From: Nitrospinota bacterium
GTDB lineage: Bacteria > UBA8248
Direction of reading: 5' to 3'
Length of the DNA: 10,220 nt
Assembly: GCA_036231405.1 (NCBI GenBank)
Contig: JAZAHK010000037.1
Location: 1-10,220, forward strand
The translations under genes and the position numbers were made by a program. Under the pieces are notes generated by a model. It searched no databases and had not been told where the DNA came from. It saw only the letters and a list, made by a program, of their open reading frames with translations. Each line of letters starts with the position of its first letter. Position 1 is the stretch's first letter. This document shows positions 6,475 to 10,220 of this stretch, piece by piece.

Positions 6475-9078
6475 TTACAACAGAGAATATGGATCTATAT
6501 CAACAATTAACCTTACATCCTTAGAAAATTTTTTTTGTTCAGAAAATGTGCGCCTAAATTTTAACACAAGCTGGTTTAATTTTTCGTGAGAAGACGACTT
6601 TATAAGAATATGATGCCTCCAATTTTTTCTTATCTTTGCAAAGACAGCGGGAGCGGGACCTAAAAATACTAGTTCGGAATCAATACTTCCTATCCTATCA
6701 CGTTTGACACCCAAGTCAGCTAAATAATTAGAAGACCAACTTGAGGCTAAAGCCACAAGTTCTTCGTTTTCTGACTCGAATCTAAACCTTAAAAGTTTTT
6801 TAAAAGGAGGAAATCCCAATAATTTTCTAGAAACGCTCTCCCTCTCATAAAATGAATTGAAATCATGAGATTTTGCATAGTTAATAACATAATTATCAGG
6901 TCTAAATGTCTGAATTATAACGTCTCCAGAAATTTGATCCCTTCCTGCTCTTCCTGCAACTTGAGTTAAGAGTTGAAAGGTCCTTTCTCCCGCCCTGAAA
7001 TCTGGAAGATTTAGCCCTACGTCAGCAACAAGAACTCCAACCAAAGTCAGATCTGGAAAGTCATGGCCTTTGCTGACCATTTGAGTTCCGATTAAGATAT
7101 CAATCTCTTTTCTTCTCATTGCAGAAAGAATGGCATCATAATCTCCGGCCTTTCTAACTGAATCCCTATCAAACCTCTTTATTCTTGCCTTATGGAAACG
7201 TGCACGTAGTGACTCCTCAACACGTTCCGTTCCTATCCCTAAATATGCGATTTCTTTACTTCCACAAAAATGACAATTCTCAGGAAGTTTAATACGAAAA
7301 TCACATAGATGACATCTAAGTTCATCTCCTCCATCACGATGGAATGTCAAAGACGTAGAACAATTCTCACATTGCACGCTTTCTCCACAATCTCTACAAA
7401 GAACTAAAGAAGAGAAGCCTCTTCTATTAAGAAACAGCAAAGTCTGTTCCCCACGTTCGAGTCTTTCGTAAATAGATTCCGATAATCTTCCACTTAAAAG
7501 TACTGGATTCCTTGGATCACCAACACTCTCTTTTCTTAAATCAACTATTTCTACTCTAGGTAATTTTTGTCCACTGGGTCGCGAACTTAATTCTTTCAGA
7601 TCATAATTGCCAATTTTAGAATTATAAAAACTCTCAAAAGAAGGGGTCGCGGAACCTAGGACTATAGGAACACCCATCTTATTTGCGCGATAAACTGCGA
7701 CATCTCTTGCATTATAACGAGGCAACTCTTCTTGTTTATAGGAAGAATCATGCTCCTCATCCATTACTATCAGACCCAAATCGGTCATAGGTGCGAAAAC
7801 TGCAGACCTTGTCCCAATAACTACTTTTGCCTTCGAACTACGTATCTTCAACCACTCTTCAGCTCTCTTCTTTTCGGAAAAAGCACTATGGAGACAAGCT
7901 ATAAGATTCCCAAATCGACTTCGAAATCTATCTAACAACTGTGGAGTCAACCCAATTTCTGGAACTAGGATAAGAGTAGATTTTTTTTCTTCTAATACAC
8001 GCCTAACCAGATGTAGATATACTTCAGTCTTTCCACTACCCGTAATACCATGCAATAGTGTGACGGAATGTCTTTTGGCCTCAATATCATTAGAAATAGA
8101 GGAAACAACTTCAAACTGTTCTTCAGTTAATTCTAATTCTTTGGAAGAAAAAAAATTATTTTCAACATTTTCTTCTTGACGTTCAATGTCATGAAAGTAC
8201 TCTATAATTTTTTTTTCATATAAACGAGCACAAACAGAACGAGCCCCTGGAAGTGAAGATTCCAACTTTGCTATTGAAACTTGATTTTCTTCAAAAATTT
8301 TATGCAGGACCTGAATTTGACGAAAAGCTCTTTTATCGAAAGAATTAATAATTTTTTTGTCCACTCCCTCTTTCAATCTTACAAATAAGATTTTCTTTTC
8401 AAGTGTTCCAGTAGATTGTTTTTTGAATTCTTCAATCAAGTTTGAGTTAGCGAGGCTTTTTAAGTGAGAAGCTATCTTATTCTGAAAATTTTCAGTTTTC
8501 TCTTTAGAAATACTTTCTTCTTTTTCTAAAACAGACGATAAAGAACTAAGAGTATAAGGTTTAGAGTGAAGTAATGAAGTAATTTTATCTTTGATAGATA
8601 AACTAGGAGATAATCCTGGTAAATTTCGAGTTTTACCGACTCCATGAAAAGATTCAACCCCTTGAGATGTAAGTCGAAAAAATCTTCTACTTTTTGATTC
8701 TTTCAATCCAGGGAGTGCAGCACGAATCATTTCACCCCACTCACAATGATAATAGAAGGAAGCCCAACGAGTAAGAGCCAACAACTCTTTTGTTAAAACT
8801 GCTTTTTCATCTAAAACATCTAAAACATTACGAATTTTTTCAGAAGTAATTACAGGAGAATGTTCCTCTTGAATTTTACTAACAACATATCCTGTAAGAT
8901 CTCGTTTACCAAAAGGAACTTTTACTCTGTACCCAAGAGTTAATGAAGGGAATTTTATAATATCAACACGATATGTTAAAGGACCTGGATAAGATACATT
9001 TAGCGCAACCTCTACATACGCTGAATGTGTATCTTTTGAATGATTAACGTCGAATTTTGATGGTTTACTTTTTTCCAA
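6475..9078 (-). CDS. priA: Primosomal protein N' (replication restart helicase)
   Basis: N-terminal 'RVKVPFG' 3'-binding domain, Walker A GITGSGKT, DEEH, SATPS, four CxxC Zn-knuckle pairs, 'GTQMVSKGHDFP', 'QVAGRAGR' and C-terminal 'VDIDP'. Confidence 0.97.
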   Translation of the reverse strand: MEKSKPSKFDVNHSKDTHSAYVEVALNVSYPGPLTYRVDIIKFPSLTLGYRVKVPFGKRDLTGYVVSKIQEEHSPVITSEKIRNVLDVLDEKAVLTKELLALTRWASFYYHCEWGEMIRAALPGLKESKSRRFFRLTSQGVESFHGVGKTRNLPGLSPSLSIKDKITSLLHSKPYTLSSLSSVLEKEESISKEKTENFQNKIASHLKSLANSNLIEEFKKQSTGTLEKKILFVRLKEGVDKKIINSFDKRAFRQIQVLHKIFEENQVSIAKLESSLPGARSVCARLYEKKIIEYFHDIERQEENVENNFFSSKELELTEEQFEVVSSISNDIEAKRHSVTLLHGITGSGKTEVYLHLVRRVLEEKKSTLILVPEIGLTPQLLDRFRSRFGNLIACLHSAFSEKKRAEEWLKIRSSKAKVVIGTRSAVFAPMTDLGLIVMDEEHDSSYKQEELPRYNARDVAVYRANKMGVPIVLGSATPSFESFYNSKIGNYDLKELSSRPSGQKLPRVEIVDLRKESVGDPRNPVLLSGRLSESIYERLERGEQTLLFLNRRGFSSLVLCRDCGESVQCENCSTSLTFHRDGGDELRCHLCDFRIKLPENCHFCGSKEIAYLGIGTERVEESLRARFHKARIKRFDRDSVRKAGDYDAILSAMRRKEIDILIGTQMVSKGHDFPDLTLVGVLVADVGLNLPDFRAGERTFQLLTQVAGRAGRDQISGDVIIQTFRPDNYVINYAKSHDFNSFYERESVSRKLLGFPPFKKLLRFRFESENEELVALASSWSSNYLADLGVKRDRIGSIDSELVFLGPAPAVFAKIRKNWRHHILIKSSSHEKLNQLVLKFRRTFSEQKKFSKDVRLIVDIDPYSLL

Positions 9079-9102
9079 AAATTACCCCATTGATTTATTA
9101 GT

Positions 9103-9131
9103 ATTATATAAAATAGAAAAAATCTTATCTA
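9103..9131 (-). promoter_or_regulatory. Candidate sigma70 promoter of priA
   Basis: The minus strand reads TAGATA(9131-9126)-N17-TATAAT(9108-9103), with a perfect -10. A GGGG RBS-like run precedes the TTG start. Confidence 0.5.
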
Positions 9132-9156
9132 TGGAAATTTCGCTTTCCACTAGATA
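9126..9156. repeat. Inverted repeat in divergent intergenic region (operator or hairpin)
   Basis: TATCTA-TGGAAA-(TTTCGC)-TTTCCA-C-TAGATA: 12 matched pairs with a single bulge. Confidence 0.6.
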
Positions 9157-9197
9157 TGTTTTACCGATCTTATAGACAAGATGACCTAGAAACTACG

Positions 9198-9226
9198 TTG
9201 ACCTTAGACAACTCTTCAGATAGTTT
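9198..9226 (+). promoter_or_regulatory. Candidate sigma70 promoter for the small ORF at 9265
   Basis: TTGACC(9198-9203)-N17-TAGTTT(9221-9226). Confidence 0.5.
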
Positions 9227-9264
9227 ATTACTTCTTTTGCATGTAAATTTAGAGGAACTCAACT

Positions 9265-9441
9265 ATGGACAATATACTTTATTTTGTAGGAGATGGTATA
9301 TGTTCGTTCTTAAATTCTGTCGGTGGAACAACAGTAAGCAATAAAATCAATTGTGGGGTAGATGATTACGATATTCGGCTTTTTACTTTAATAATTATGT
9401 TATCCTTACTATTTGCAAGTGGTTTCTTTTTCTTTAGCTGA
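9265..9441 (+). CDS. Small membrane protein (58 aa), not in the ORF track
   Basis: MDNILYFVGDGICSFLNSVGGTTVSNKINCGVDDYDIRLFTLIIMLSLLFASGFFFFS*. RBS AGAGGA lies 8 nt before the ATG, a promoter candidate lies upstream, and the C-terminus is a hydrophobic helix. Confidence 0.65.
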   Translation: MDNILYFVGDGICSFLNSVGGTTVSNKINCGVDDYDIRLFTLIIMLSLLFASGFFFFS

Positions 9442-9493
9442 GACAATGACTAATCTTTTATGATTTCATTAGAGATATAAAGGGGATAAATTA

Positions 9494-9826
9494 ATGAAAA
9501 GTGCTTTAGAAATTGCAATGCAAAAAACTGCTTCTATTGGACAAAAAGCACGAGAAGAACTAGAAAAATTAAGTCCTGAGGATCGAGAAGTTATTGAAAA
9601 AATAAAGAAAAAATATGACGCAAAAATTGCGGAGAAAGATGTCTTTTTTCAACAGGAAACAAACAAAATCAACTCTTCTATTCCTATAGGGACACCACAC
9701 GAACAGATTCCACCAGAAATTAGTCAGGCTTTGACAAAACTTAGGGAAAAATTCAACGAAGACCGTGCATCCTTAGAAGAAGAATGCGAAAAAGAAGTTG
9801 ATACTATAAAGAAGAAAAATTCTTAA
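9494..9826 (+). CDS. Hypothetical helical/coiled-coil protein
   Basis: RBS AAGGGG. The N-terminal 'MKSALEIAM.K' and 'KYDAKIAEK' segments resemble, from recall, an uncharacterised bacterial family. Charge-rich helical composition. Confidence 0.8.
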   Translation: MKSALEIAMQKTASIGQKAREELEKLSPEDREVIEKIKKKYDAKIAEKDVFFQQETNKINSSIPIGTPHEQIPPEISQALTKLREKFNEDRASLEEECEKEVDTIKKKNS

Positions 9827-10218
9827 ATATTAGAATGGCTCTGAGAACCATCAACATTCCAGCAAGCACCATGTACCAAACTTGCTTTAGGACTGACCAT
9901 AAAAGCAGCAACATTAGCAATTTCTTCAGGTCTACCGAAACGCTTTAGAGGAAGATCGCTGTCTATAAAACCTTTCAAACCATCATCAGAAGATAAAACT
10001 CTTTTTTCCCAACCACCACCTTTAAAAATGATGCTACCAGGAGCAATACAATTCACTCTAATATTATCTTCTGCAGTTTCCAACGCCAGAGCCTTCGAGA
10101 ATGAAATTAATGCTGCCTTTGACGCATTATAGGTCATTGAACCCTTGCTCTCTCTCCCATAAATAGAAGCAACATTCAGAATCGATCCACCATTCCCTCT
10201 TCTCATTTCAGAAACTGC
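9823..10218 (-). CDS. SDR family oxidoreductase (FabG-like), 5' truncated
   Basis: Motifs 'GSILNVAS', catalytic YNASK (YxxxK), 'IRVNCIAPG', 'PLKRFGRPEEIA' and 'VDG'. The frame is open to the window edge. Its stop overlaps the convergent gene's stop (TTAA). Confidence 0.92.
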   Translation of the reverse strand, partial: AVSEMRRGNGGSILNVASIYGRESKGSMTYNASKAALISFSKALALETAEDNIRVNCIAPGSIIFKGGGWEKRVLSSDDGLKGFIDSDLPLKRFGRPEEIANVAAFMVSPKASLVHGACWNVDGSQSHSNI

Positions 10219-10220
10219 AA

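Noticed and set aside
161-7935. Short ORFs nested in or antisense to the main genes (161-493, 1297-1632, 1488-1820, 1676-1873, 1910-2095, 2846-3061, 2871-3125, 2920-3111, 3957-4148, 5095-5328, 5770-6003, 6071-6268, 6229-6426, 7732-7935)
   Set aside because: These are shadow frames of well-supported genes with no recognisable motifs.
9173-9211. Short direct repeats (TAGACAA x2, TGACCT(T)AGA x2)
   Set aside because: They are short and irregularly spaced, so not a CRISPR or iteron array, and they are compatible with chance in AT-rich DNA.
9156-9344. 62-aa plus-strand ORF from the track
   Set aside because: It has no RBS and overlaps the promoter candidate and the better-supported 9265-9441 ORF in another frame.
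9439-9453. Sec readthrough of the small ORF's TGA
   Set aside because: Readthrough would add only about 4 residues before TAA, and no SECIS-like hairpin follows.

Overview
AT-rich, densely packed bacterial chromosomal window, apparently genetic code 11. In order it holds: the 3' part of a DsbA/FrnE-like thioredoxin-fold gene; a minus-strand run of an alpha/beta hydrolase, an 83-aa hypothetical and a RidA-family protein; a PLP threonine/serine dehydratase; a Cys-rich M23 peptidase lipoprotein; typA/bipA; priA; a small membrane ORF plus a helical hypothetical; and the 3' part of an SDR. The main hidden feature is a plus-strand gene missed by the ORF track (2509-2799). It encodes a 96-aa MerT/MerF-like membrane protein whose Cys-Cys motif reads TGT-TGA. 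The TGA is followed directly by a bacterial SECIS-like hairpin with a GGUCU loop, so this is a probable Cys-Sec selenoprotein transporter with no mer operon nearby. A second missed small gene (9265-9441) has its own promoter and RBS. No mobile elements, CRISPR arrays, rRNA or tRNA genes were seen.
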